From Escherichia coli (lineage in GTDB: Bacteria; Pseudomonadota; Gammaproteobacteria; Enterobacterales; Enterobacteriaceae): a DNA stretch of 64,000 nt. Shown in pieces: positions 1 through 23,919 of this stretch. A program made the translations under genes and the position numbers. How positions within the stretch are numbered: the first letter of the stretch is position 1; each line of letters starts with the position of its first letter. The DNA is taken from the NCBI RefSeq assembly GCF_001677475.2, contig NZ_CP015229.1; one strand, 5' to 3'. Below the pieces are notes generated by a model, which did no database searches, was not told the origin of the DNA, and saw only the letters and a program-made list of their open reading frames with translations.

Positions 1-100
1 TGTTACTCTGTTGCCGTTCTTATCCCGATAAATAGCGCCGGGGATAATTTTGGGATGTGCATAACCGCTGGCAGTCAAGCCAGATAAATACGTTCTCATG
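1..100 (-). CDS. Hypothetical protein, 5' end only (gene continues past window start); last visible gene of a coupled minus-strand operon
   Basis: ATG at 100..98 on minus strand, 5 nt after the stop of the 106..426 ORF, preceded by a GGGGA RBS-like stretch; frame open to position 1 (MRTYLSGLTASGYAHPKIIPGAIYRDKNGNRVT...). Confidence 0.35.
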
Positions 101-105
101 ATTAT

Positions 106-426
106 TTATCCCCGATTTGAATCAGTATTCGCTTTCTTTATGGCATTTAATGCATCTGTGGCATTTTCAATGGTGCACCGTAACGAAATATCAAAATGTC
201 CAAGCATTGCCAGTAACAAACCGATATTACCCATATCAATGCGCATGGCCTTTTCGTCATAGTCCTCATTTTCTGACGCATGCCACATCAGGCTACCAAT
301 TGACGCAACGGCCATTGATATATTGTCAGTCGCCCCATCCGCAGCGGAATAAACCTTTTTAGCAATATCATGCTCACAGTTAAAATGCGGATTAATCAGG
401 TACTGGTAATTTGACATATCAGGCAT
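106..426 (-). CDS. Hypothetical protein (106 aa), island cargo, unknown family
   Basis: ORF in track; its start overlaps the stop of the upstream 67-aa gene in the sequence ATGCCTGA (translational coupling). Confidence 0.5.
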   Translation of the reverse strand: MPDMSNYQYLINPHFNCEHDIAKKVYSAADGATDNISMAVASIGSLMWHASENEDYDEKAMRIDMGNIGLLLAMLGHFDISLRCTIENATDALNAIKKANTDSNRG

Positions 427-622
427 GGCACACCCCCTGACGAATACGGGCGGCGAATACCATCACGCAGCCAGCCGGGGAGTGCTGGCGTGCTTCCTGT
501 TCGCTGGTGGCCACGATGGTAATCACACGCGGTTTTGCGGCGCTCAGGGCGATAAAACGCCAGGCGAATTTATTCAGGTTGTGCGAATCCCGCCCTTGCG
601 GGTGTATGGTATGATTTCTCAT
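419..622 (-). CDS. Hypothetical small protein (67 aa), first gene of the minus-strand operon
   Basis: ATG at 622..620 preceded by GAGG at 5-nt spacing; stop overlaps start of the 106..426 ORF. The 334-aa track ORF 419..1423 is judged an artefactual upstream extension. Confidence 0.45.
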   Translation of the reverse strand: MRNHTIHPQGRDSHNLNKFAWRFIALSAAKPRVITIVATSEQEARQHSPAGCVMVFAARIRQGVCHA

Positions 623-660
623 AGCTACCTCGATACTCTCGTTATCGTTGGTGGTTAGAA

Positions 661-706
661 GCCCTGCGAGTGGTAACGACACTTGCGGGGCTTTGTTTTT
701 TGTTGC
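661..706 (+). terminator. Strand-specific intrinsic terminator-like hairpin (12-bp stem with two G-U wobbles, then T-run)
   Basis: GCCCTGCGAGTG...CACTTGCGGGGC followed by TTTGTTTTTT on the plus strand; wobble pairs become C-A mismatches on the minus strand. Confidence 0.35.
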
Positions 707-713
707 ACTTACT

Positions 714-766
714 GTTAATGTACGTACGTAATATTGATGATAATAGGAGTTACGTACGTACATGTC
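714..766. promoter_or_regulatory. Two copies of the self-complementary decamer TACGTACGTA about 32 bp apart; candidate operators for the adjacent RHH repressor
   Basis: TGTACGTACGTAAT at ~718-731 and GTTACGTACGTACATG at ~750-765; the second overlaps the ATG of the 762..953 gene. Confidence 0.4.
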
Positions 767-953
767 AACATTAAAGCGGGATAAATCACCACGCGGCGAG
801 GGATGGTCGCCGACATTCCAGATACGAATTAGCAAAGAACTACGCCAGCAAGTAAACGAGGCAGCAACCGCCGATGGCCTAACCCTCGGCAATTGGTTTA
901 AAGAATTAGCTCGTGCCGAACTAAAGCGACGCGGCATTGAACCTAAAGGCTGA
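762..953 (+). CDS. Ribbon-helix-helix (Arc/MetJ/CopG-like) DNA-binding protein, 63 aa
   Basis: N-terminal beta-strand pattern TFQIRISKELRQQVNEAA typical of RHH repressors; operator palindromes overlap the start codon. Confidence 0.5.
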   Translation: MSTLKRDKSPRGEGWSPTFQIRISKELRQQVNEAATADGLTLGNWFKELARAELKRRGIEPKG

Positions 954-956
954 TGT

Positions 957-1082
957 ATGACTGAAAAGCAGACCGATAACAAACTTTCTCTACCAGAGAA
1001 TAAACCAGCAGGCTTCTTACCAAGAAAAATCCTTGATGAGATCAAACGCCGCCAGCGGCGCAAGGCCAAAGAGCAGGAGTAA
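957..1082 (+). CDS. Small hypothetical protein (41 aa), basic C-terminus
   Basis: ATG 3 nt after the RHH gene stop (TGATGTATGA), same strand; not in track because shorter than 60 aa. Confidence 0.25.
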   Translation: MTEKQTDNKLSLPENKPAGFLPRKILDEIKRRQRRKAKEQE

Positions 1083-1139
1083 CCATCACCAGCGCCGTGG
1101 TGCGGTGAACTGTGGCGCACAGGGTTACAGGTATCTACG

Positions 1140-1319
1140 ATGACTGACAAATCATTAAAGAAATTATCCTCATCCAAGAAAAAACAACGCAAAAATGCGG
1201 TAAACGAACATGAACCGGAGAGATTCGCACCATGTGCGTTTATCCTTGAGAAGTACCTTAAAGAGTATTCTAGGAAAATACGCTCATTGCAGGCATGGCA
1301 GCGAATCGAGCCAGACTGA
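1140..1319 (+). CDS. Small hypothetical protein (59 aa), lysine-rich
   Basis: Manual translation MTDKSLKKLSSSKKKQRKNAVNEHEPERFAPCAFILEKYLKEYSRKIRSLQAWQRIEPD; same strand as the RHH gene. Confidence 0.2.
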   Translation: MTDKSLKKLSSSKKKQRKNAVNEHEPERFAPCAFILEKYLKEYSRKIRSLQAWQRIEPD

Positions 1320-1429
1320 TAGCATTGCCCACCAGCCAACAACCTGGTATTCTGGATATGCTCAAGTTTAGTGTTATGCCACTGGCGGCCCTCTGCGGTC
1401 GCCTTTGTTTTATGTGCCATCACTCCCCC

Positions 1430-1648
1430 TTACACCGTCTGCGTTCTGCGAGTGGATGCAAGATAAGCATCGAGATCAGTGCGCATATACAGCACTTTGC
1501 GCCCCAGCTTATGGAAAGGGATTTTTACCTTGCCAGTACAGGCCCAGTTCGCCAGCGTTTGATTGTTAACGCCAAGGTAGGCAGCAGCTTCAGCACGTGT
1601 AAGGCGGTCAGTTGATAAATCAGATTTCTTTAAATTCATATCTATCAC
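1430..1648 (-). CDS. alpA: AlpA-family prophage regulatory protein (excisionase-like HTH), 72 aa
   Basis: Size and sequence LTRAEAAAYLGVNNQTLANWACTGKVKIPFHKLGRKVLYMRTDLDAYL match the AlpA/Vis family; sits downstream of int as in CP4-57. Confidence 0.7.
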   Translation of the reverse strand: MIDMNLKKSDLSTDRLTRAEAAAYLGVNNQTLANWACTGKVKIPFHKLGRKVLYMRTDLDAYLASTRRTQTV

Positions 1649-1781
1649 CGTGTACTTCTAAGTAACAACGGTGATAAATATCAATCAATGGGTATTTTGT
1701 TTTTAGCCCAATAGCCAGTTGCTGTGGGGAGGTTACCAGTTATTTAGCCTTAATAGCCAGCTATTAAGATACACTAGCCAG

Positions 1782-2507
1782 CTATTGGGGGTGAACAAGT
1801 TCAAACGAAGAATATTTATCAGGTCTTGGTGGTTGTGCTCCTGATTCTTTAATCCATTTATCCAGAGTGTTTTTACTTACTTTCCCATGATAGTAAACAG
1901 AAAGCTCGTTCAATAAACCTGTTTTACTGGCTTTAGGGTACTTTTCCCATGTTAGTTTAATTACGTGCATAACTTCATTGTAATAATGATTTCTTGGTTT
2001 GCGCGCTTTTTCTTTCTGTGATAAGGATAAAGCATCTTTTATTTTTTTATCTTTTTCATGGTTCGATATAATTTCTTCAAAAAAGTCATTAAGCAATAAC
2101 TCAACACCAACCCTAGTAAGTTTGTCTGCGTGATTACGCATTCCGACATGGTACAATGCAACTGCTGAATTTAAAGTATCGACAACCTGACAAGATAGTT
2201 TACTATCAAATATTAAAAAACCACATGAATCCATTCTTATAGCTAATTCAATAGGATATTGCTCGATTTCTCTTAATTCTAAACCATAACACAAAAGAAA
2301 TTCTCTTGTTGGATACTTTGATTTATAAAAATAATCTCTTATATCATCAATCAAGCGTTTTATAGCCTCTATGGTGGAGTTTTTCGGGGATAAAGATACA
2401 GGAACGTTTAAAACTGAAGAGTCTCGCCCACCAGTAATTAAATCATTCATAACCGAATAAATAATATATTGTTTGACCGATATATTGTTATCACCCATAT
2501 ATGTCAT
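1782..2507 (-). CDS. Hypothetical protein (241 aa), strongly AT-rich cargo gene between int and alpA
   Basis: ORF in track; start overlaps the integrase stop (2491..2507); composition visibly more AT-rich than flanking genes. Confidence 0.55.
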   Translation of the reverse strand: MTYMGDNNISVKQYIIYSVMNDLITGGRDSSVLNVPVSLSPKNSTIEAIKRLIDDIRDYFYKSKYPTREFLLCYGLELREIEQYPIELAIRMDSCGFLIFDSKLSCQVVDTLNSAVALYHVGMRNHADKLTRVGVELLLNDFFEEIISNHEKDKKIKDALSLSQKEKARKPRNHYYNEVMHVIKLTWEKYPKASKTGLLNELSVYYHGKVSKNTLDKWIKESGAQPPRPDKYSSFELVHPQ

Positions 2508-3912
2508 TCTTTTCTTGTACTATAGCAAATAGTAAACGACGTTTTTCATCATCACTCATGCCCTCCAGTGCGGAAAGTAATTGCGCATCGATAGATTTTT
2601 TACTCTCCACCAGCCCGGCATGTTCCAGAATTGCCCGTTCTATCCGTGATGCTGGCTCCAGCAGTTCATCAGCACCGAAATGTAAATACCCCTGCGTTAC
2701 GTCGGCACTTCGCATAGTGCGGTGATTCATCAGGCGCTTGAGGATGTAATTACCCACGCCCACCAGCTCAGCAACCGTTCCGAACGTCCGGCGTGCGTCG
2801 TGCCACTTAAACGGGACAGGGAAGAGCATTTCATCGTTCGCCTCAGGAATGGTAGCCGCGCTTATCCGGTCTATGATGTGCCGTGTCTCCTGAATCACTC
2901 CCTTCACGCCAGGAAACACCAGCACATCATCAGCAGCTTTGTTTTTTAGCCTGCGAAGAAACATTTTCCGCAACGTATCAGTGATCGGCAGTTCAAGCGG
3001 ATCCCCGTTTTTCGTGGTGTCTATCCAGAAAAAGCGACCGCCCATATTCACGCGATCCCACGTAAGGCCAAAAACTTCTGATTTCCTCAGTCCGGTAAAC
3101 AGTGCCATTTCCACGGCATCACATACCGTAACAGCTATATCATCCCTTTCCTGTTCGCCCTGGTCGCGCACAGCAGCTACAGCAGCAAACCAGCGGGGAA
3201 AATCATGCAGGCGGATACGTTCCGTTTTTCTTACCGTTCCGTGCCACTGGCGCTTGGTGCTCAGTACCAGAGTCGGCGGATCCGGTAAAAGAGTATTACC
3301 CGCATCATCACGGTAATGATCATGCGCAAACCGACACACAGCACGTAGCGCACGCGCCCATAAATCGGCCTGTGCCTTGCTTCCTGTACCAACCCCAGCC
3401 CGTAACGTGGTTTTATCAGCACCGAACCATACAGCCCCATCAGTGATGGCCTTATGCCGTTGTTCCACCCGTTCGCGGGAAATACTGGCGAGGGTATGGG
3501 CCATCCAGTCACCGGAATAATTCTGTAATATGCTGCGGTACTGTTTTTCTGTGGAGGGTTTCAGGCGGTGGCCACGATTTTTTACGTAGGCGTCAATCGC
3601 CTCACTCAGCGTTATCATGGCCTTGTTGTTAGTGCGCTTTGCTATGTTCGGATTTATCCCCGTTGTGGCGACTTCGCCAAGGAGTTCCATAGCTTTAGCC
3701 CTGGCATTATCCACGCTCAGATCAGGAAAACGCCCCAGCGTTGCACGAATAAATTTTCCGTTACGCTTACGGGAAATGCAGAAACTTTTCACACCAGACG
3801 AACCTACACGGACACGCAGCCCGTTAACCTCCGTATCACCATATTCGACCTGTCCATGTTCCGGCGTTGGCAGTTCTGCAATTTTTACTTTAGAGAATCT
3901 GAATAATTTCAC
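2491..3912 (-). CDS. int: Tyrosine recombinase / phage integrase (P4-family), 473 aa
   Basis: N-terminal arm-binding pattern (EVNGLRVRV...GK...ATLGRFPDLSVDNARAKAMELL) and C-terminal catalytic motifs (HDARRT...GYLH); adjacent to tRNA-derived att site. Confidence 0.85.
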   Translation of the reverse strand: MKLFRFSKVKIAELPTPEHGQVEYGDTEVNGLRVRVGSSGVKSFCISRKRNGKFIRATLGRFPDLSVDNARAKAMELLGEVATTGINPNIAKRTNNKAMITLSEAIDAYVKNRGHRLKPSTEKQYRSILQNYSGDWMAHTLASISRERVEQRHKAITDGAVWFGADKTTLRAGVGTGSKAQADLWARALRAVCRFAHDHYRDDAGNTLLPDPPTLVLSTKRQWHGTVRKTERIRLHDFPRWFAAVAAVRDQGEQERDDIAVTVCDAVEMALFTGLRKSEVFGLTWDRVNMGGRFFWIDTTKNGDPLELPITDTLRKMFLRRLKNKAADDVLVFPGVKGVIQETRHIIDRISAATIPEANDEMLFPVPFKWHDARRTFGTVAELVGVGNYILKRLMNHRTMRSADVTQGYLHFGADELLEPASRIERAILEHAGLVESKKSIDAQLLSALEGMSDDEKRRLLFAIVQEKNDIYG

Positions 3913-4092
3913 TCATACACCCCACCAAGCGATCTGGTATCCTGGAAAATCGCTTGTTCTGCTCCAGGATACCTATAGGATACCGTAAAGAAGTATTTTG
4001 GGGTATATACAGGTATTTATACAGTAGTTTTAAAAAATGCTAAGGTATTGAAAAGTATCGCTAAGTATCTGTAAGTAAAGGGTTATCAACCA
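3913..4092. promoter_or_regulatory. Integrase upstream region with reiterated short motifs (GGTATCC/GGATACC inverted and direct copies; AAGTATC direct copies); candidate int promoter and arm-type sites
   Basis: Visible repeats CTGGTATCCTGG...CCAGGATACC...GGATACC and TAAGTATCGCTAAGTATCTGTAAG. Confidence 0.3.
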
Positions 4093-4139
4093 ACTCATAA
4101 TCGCTTGGTCGCTGGTTCAAGTCCAGCAGGGGCCACCAG
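4093..4139 (+). tRNA. ileX: Truncated tRNA: 3' 47 nt of a tRNA-Ile2(CAU)/ileX-like gene (anticodon loop through CCA); island att site, not a complete tRNA
   Basis: ACTCATAATCGCTTGGTCGCTGGTTCAAGTCCAGCAGGGGCCACCA matches the 3' portion of E. coli ileX as I recall it; no complementary 5' acceptor strand upstream. Confidence 0.6.
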
Positions 4140-4146
4140 ATATAGC

Positions 4147-4182
4147 AAAGGCTGACGAGAAATCGTCAGCCTTTTTCTTTTT
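4147..4182. terminator. Intrinsic terminator hairpin between tRNA fragment and yqjH 3' end
   Basis: GGCTGACGA-GAAA-TCGTCAGCC followed by TTTTTCTTTTT. Confidence 0.5.
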
Positions 4183-4191
4183 ATATATCAG

Positions 4192-4956
4192 TTACTTTGC
4201 GTGCCAGTAAGCCGCTGCACGTACCCGCTGTGGATCATACTGTTCCGCTTCAAAGCGGCGGCTTAAATTCTTAACGACTTTGCCTTCGCCGGTTATCCAG
4301 ATGAAGTAATCATCGGCAGGGATTTGCATCTGCGCCAGACGCGCATCTACTGCCTGCTCATCATGTGCCAGCCATTCGATATTAAAACCATCAAGGTGCG
4401 CGAGATAATCCTGACAGGCGTTATCCCGCACGCTAACCAGCGCACTAACTTGCGGTTTAACGGCAAGTTTGCTCAACGTTTCCAGGCGGCGGCGCAGTGC
4501 GGGCATTCCGGATTCATCGCAGACATACAGCTGATACGCGTAATCTTCCGGCACCACCAGCGAACCGCGGGGACCTGCCACCGTGAGTTTATCGCCCGGT
4601 TGCGCCTGCATTGCCCAGCTGCTGGCGACGCCACCTTCGTGAATAAAGAAATCAATCGCCAGTACATGGCGTAGTTCGTCATACAGCGGTGTATAGTCAC
4701 GCGACGGTGGGCGTGGTCCTTCCGGCCAGACGATGCCCTCTTCCGTTACTGTTGGCGGCACAAAGTGAGCATCAGATTGAGGAAAGAAGAGTTTGCTGTG
4801 ATCGTCAAAGCCGCGCGATGTAAAACCGTCCAGCGCCTCGCCGCCAAAGACAATGCGCTGAAAACCGGCGCTAATACGCTCAACGCGTAGCACAGTCAGT
4901 TCACGGAAGCGCAGATCATTGCGAACGCGCTGCGGGTAGCGGGGGGAGTTATTCAT
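4192..4956 (-). CDS. yqjH: NADPH-dependent ferric-siderophore reductase (siderophore-interacting protein)
   Basis: ORF in track; sequence and position match K-12 YqjH. Confidence 0.9.
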   Translation of the reverse strand: MNNSPRYPQRVRNDLRFRELTVLRVERISAGFQRIVFGGEALDGFTSRGFDDHSKLFFPQSDAHFVPPTVTEEGIVWPEGPRPPSRDYTPLYDELRHVLAIDFFIHEGGVASSWAMQAQPGDKLTVAGPRGSLVVPEDYAYQLYVCDESGMPALRRRLETLSKLAVKPQVSALVSVRDNACQDYLAHLDGFNIEWLAHDEQAVDARLAQMQIPADDYFIWITGEGKVVKNLSRRFEAEQYDPQRVRAAAYWHAK

Positions 4957-4977
4957 TGTTATCGCCTTCGTGATAGT

Positions 4978-5214
4978 AATAAGATATATCTAAATAAATT
5001 TCGTAAATGATAATGATTGTTAATCATGATAAATGCAAGCGATTTGTAGAACTGATACATCTGAGGTATGAGAAGACATTCAACGTCGTAGAAAGGCTGG
5101 CGGATGCGGCGTGAACGTATTATCCGGCCTGGATGTGAGGTGCATTCACGTTTAAAAATCATTTTTATACTTGCAAGAGCGCTCATGTCAGATATAAATT
5201 AGATATATCTAATT
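4978..5214. promoter_or_regulatory. yqjH-yqjI divergent control region with two AGATATATCT palindromes (one within a perfect 18-bp palindrome AATTAGATATATCTAATT)
   Basis: AGATATATCT at 4982..4991 (yqjH side) and 5201..5210 (yqjI side, palindrome spanning 5197..5214). Confidence 0.5.
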
Positions 5215-5232
5215 AAGCAAAAGGAGGCTGAT

Positions 5233-5856
5233 ATGAGCCATCATCACGAAGGGTGTTGTAAACATGAAGGCCAGCCACGCCATGAAGGCTGCTGCAAAGG
5301 TGAGAAGTCAGAACATGAGCACTGCGGACACGGTCACCAGCATGAACACGGTCAATGCTGCGGTGGTCGCCACGGTCGCGGCGGCGGTCGTCGGCAGCGT
5401 TTCTTTGGTCACGGTGAATTGCGTCTGGTGATTCTGGATATTCTCTCGCGCGATGACAGCCACGGTTACGAGTTGATTAAAGCGATTGAAAATCTGACCC
5501 AGGGGAATTACACCCCAAGCCCGGGCGTCATCTACCCGACGCTGGATTTTCTCCAGGAGCAGTCGCTGATTACCATCCGCGAAGAGGAAGGTGGTAAGAA
5601 GCAGATTGCGCTGACCGAACAAGGCGCGCAGTGGCTGGAAGAAAACCGCGAACAGGTGGAGATGATCGAAGAACGCATCAAAGCGCGTTGCGTTGGTGCA
5701 GCGCTGCGCCAGAACCCGCAAATGAAGCGGGCGCTGGATAATTTTAAAGCGGTGCTGGATTTACGCGTCAACCAGAGCGATATCACTGATGCACAAATAA
5801 AAAAGATCATTGCGGTGATCGACCGCGCCGCTTTTGATATTACGCAACTGGATTAA
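5233..5856 (+). CDS. yqjI: PadR-family metal-responsive repressor with His/Cys-rich N-terminus
   Basis: ORF in track; N-terminal MSHHHEGCCKHEG...HEHGQCC tract plus PadR-like core. Confidence 0.9.
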   Translation: MSHHHEGCCKHEGQPRHEGCCKGEKSEHEHCGHGHQHEHGQCCGGRHGRGGGRRQRFFGHGELRLVILDILSRDDSHGYELIKAIENLTQGNYTPSPGVIYPTLDFLQEQSLITIREEEGGKKQIALTEQGAQWLEENREQVEMIEERIKARCVGAALRQNPQMKRALDNFKAVLDLRVNQSDITDAQIKKIIAVIDRAAFDITQLD

Positions 5857-5861
5857 TCACC

Positions 5862-5962
5862 GATTGCCGGATGCGGCGTACCCTACACACCCCGTAGGCC
5901 TGATAAGATGCGCCAGCATCGCATCAGGCATTGTGCTCCAACCGCCGGATGCGGCATACCGA
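5862..5962. repeat. REP/BIME palindromic units
   Basis: GCCGGATGCGGCGTA...GCATCAGGC and CCGGATGCGGCATACC motifs. Confidence 0.5.
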
Positions 5963-7483
5963 TTAATGCAGCACCGTCACCGCGTCTTCCAGTCGGCTGG
6001 CGCGGTGTTTCACCATCGCCGACACCTGCGCACTCTCTTCCACCAGCTCGGCATTTTTCTGGGTGATCAGGTTAAGCTCATCCACTGCACGGGTCAGGCT
6101 GGAAAGCCCATCGGCCTGTTCCAGCGTTGAGTGGCTAATCTGGGCGATCAACTGGGTGACGTTTTTCACCTGTGCCACAATATCTTCCATCGTCCGTCCG
6201 GCGGCGTGTACCTGCTGCGAACCGGATTGCACCTTATCAGCACTGGCATCAATCAGCTTGCGAATATCGTTGGCAGCATTGGCGCTGCGGCTGGCTAAAT
6301 GACGCACTTCCCCTGCCACCACTGCAAAACCTTTGCCTTGTTCGCCGGCTCGTGCCGCTTCCACCGCCGCATTCAGGGCCAGAATATTGGTCTGAAACGC
6401 AATATCGTTAATCAGCGAAGTAATGGTGCCAATGCGCTGGGTACTGTCGGCGATATCGTCCATTGTCTTGATCACCGTGCTCATCGCCTCCCCGCCCTGC
6501 ACTGCCGCATTACTGGCAGTGATAGAAAGTTTATCGGCAGCCGACGCCGTGGCAGAGTTCTGTTTCACCGACGCCGCCATTTGGTTCATGGTCGCCACCG
6601 TTTGCTGAACGTTATCAACTGTCTGCTGGGTATGTTCGTTCAGTTCATCGGTGCCTTTCGCCAGCGTCTCACTGCCGTTTCTGACACTGGACACCTGGCT
6701 TGAGACATCGTTAATTAGCCAACGGCACATCAGGCCAAGCTGCCCTACCGCGCGTAATGTCAGCCCCAGCTCATCGCTGCGATTCAGATGCTCAACACTA
6801 TTACGCTCTCCGGTCGCCACCTTCAGTGACTGACGGGCGACATTTTCTATCGGGCGGACAATCTGCCATTCAAAACAGGCGCTTGCCAACAATACCACTA
6901 ACGCACAGAGGATATACGTCACCACCGGGGCAGCAACAAACCAAAGCATGACCGCCAGCAAGATAAACATCAGGGTCATCACGCCACGCGCCCGCCAGCG
7001 AAGCGGTAATGAAGGCAGTTTACCCAGCCAGCCTTTACGCACCACCAGGCCTTTATGAATACGCTTACTGGTACGTCCGGCGTTCAACGCTTTGTACAGC
7101 GGCTCCACCGCCGCGATCTCTTCATCCGTCGCCCGGGTACGAATCGACATATAGCCACTGATTTTTCCCTCACGCACCATCGGTACCGCATTGGCCCGCA
7201 CCCAATAATGGTCGCCATTTTTGCGGCGATTTTTCACGATGCCGCTCCAGGGCTCCCCTTTTTTCAGGGTGAACCACATATCCGCAAACGCCGCTTTTGG
7301 CATATCCGGGTGACGCACCATGTTGTGCGGCTGCCCTTGTAACTCTTGCAAGGTATAGCCGCTCACCTGTACAAAAGTGTCATTAGCATGAGTGAGATAG
7401 CTTTTCAGATCGGTAGTGGACATCAGAGTGGTATCGTCCGCCAGCGGGGTATTTTGCTGGGTGACATACGAATGAGAAGACAT
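5963..7483 (-). CDS. aer: Aerotaxis receptor Aer (PAS-FAD sensor, HAMP, methyl-accepting signalling domain)
   Basis: ORF in track; PAS N-terminus and MCP signalling domain recognisable. Confidence 0.9.
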   Translation of the reverse strand: MSSHSYVTQQNTPLADDTTLMSTTDLKSYLTHANDTFVQVSGYTLQELQGQPHNMVRHPDMPKAAFADMWFTLKKGEPWSGIVKNRRKNGDHYWVRANAVPMVREGKISGYMSIRTRATDEEIAAVEPLYKALNAGRTSKRIHKGLVVRKGWLGKLPSLPLRWRARGVMTLMFILLAVMLWFVAAPVVTYILCALVVLLASACFEWQIVRPIENVARQSLKVATGERNSVEHLNRSDELGLTLRAVGQLGLMCRWLINDVSSQVSSVRNGSETLAKGTDELNEHTQQTVDNVQQTVATMNQMAASVKQNSATASAADKLSITASNAAVQGGEAMSTVIKTMDDIADSTQRIGTITSLINDIAFQTNILALNAAVEAARAGEQGKGFAVVAGEVRHLASRSANAANDIRKLIDASADKVQSGSQQVHAAGRTMEDIVAQVKNVTQLIAQISHSTLEQADGLSSLTRAVDELNLITQKNAELVEESAQVSAMVKHRASRLEDAVTVLH

Positions 7484-7765
7484 GTTCGCGTCCTGTGCAG
7501 GTTATATGGTTGTTAACTTCTTGTCAGAGTTTATGTCGGCCCCGCTGCGGTTATCTTTAACCGATTAATTTGATTTAGATCGCAATTTGCGATTAAAGCA
7601 CAAATCTAATTCCTTGATTTAAAATACTTTCACTCTGTTACTATACGAAAACGTTAATTATCTTGCCCAAAAATCAGGCAGTTAATGCCCTGAAAGCGTG
7701 CATTTGCGCAGCAATCATCAAATCCATACCCGACAAAAACCGTGCAAAATAACAGCAAATATTAA

Positions 7766-9280
<1,515 letters not shown>

Positions 9281-9286
9281 TATCAA

Positions 9287-9751
<465 letters not shown>

Positions 9752-9753
9752 CA

Positions 9754-19883
<10,130 letters not shown>

Positions 19884-19909
19884 GCCAGTGAGCAAACACG
19901 GCACTATCT

Positions 19910-21479
<1,570 letters not shown>

Positions 21480-21482
21480 AAT

Positions 21483-21591
<109 letters not shown>

Positions 21592-21592
21592 C

Positions 21593-21639
<47 letters not shown>

Positions 21640-21756
21640 GCGTCGTATCCGGCATTTCCAATGGGCGTATTCTTTTTGAATCCCATCACAAACCCCGCAC
21701 TCCCCTTTTCCCTTTTCTCTGGCGACGGCTAAATTAGAACTCATCCGACCACATAA

Positions 21757-23802
<2,046 letters not shown>

Positions 23803-23814
23803 ATCGTGCATTGA

Positions 23815-23912
<98 letters not shown>

Positions 23913-23919
23913 GCCAATC

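Noticed and set aside
425-658. 77-aa plus-strand ORF ending just before the hairpin terminator
   Set aside because: No usable RBS (AGG only 3 nt from ATG), Gly/His-rich odd composition, and it overlaps the better-supported minus-strand coupled genes; the hairpin is more simply explained as a terminator for a non-coding or read-through transcript.
419-1423. 334-aa minus-strand ORF spanning the RHH operon region
   Set aside because: Only its last 67 codons have an RBS and coupling to the next gene; the rest is antisense to the plus-strand RHH and small-ORF genes and has odd, low-complexity composition. Treated as an artefactual extension.
2491-2700. Integrase C-terminal ~60-residue extension beyond the catalytic tyrosine as a separate gene
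   Set aside because: It is in frame and contiguous with the catalytic domain, with no internal start or RBS; treated as part of the integrase.
4063-4139. Possible complete tRNA gene
   Set aside because: Only the 3' 47 nt match a tRNA; the preceding 30 nt cannot form an acceptor or D-arm complementary to the 3' end, so it is a truncated att-site copy.
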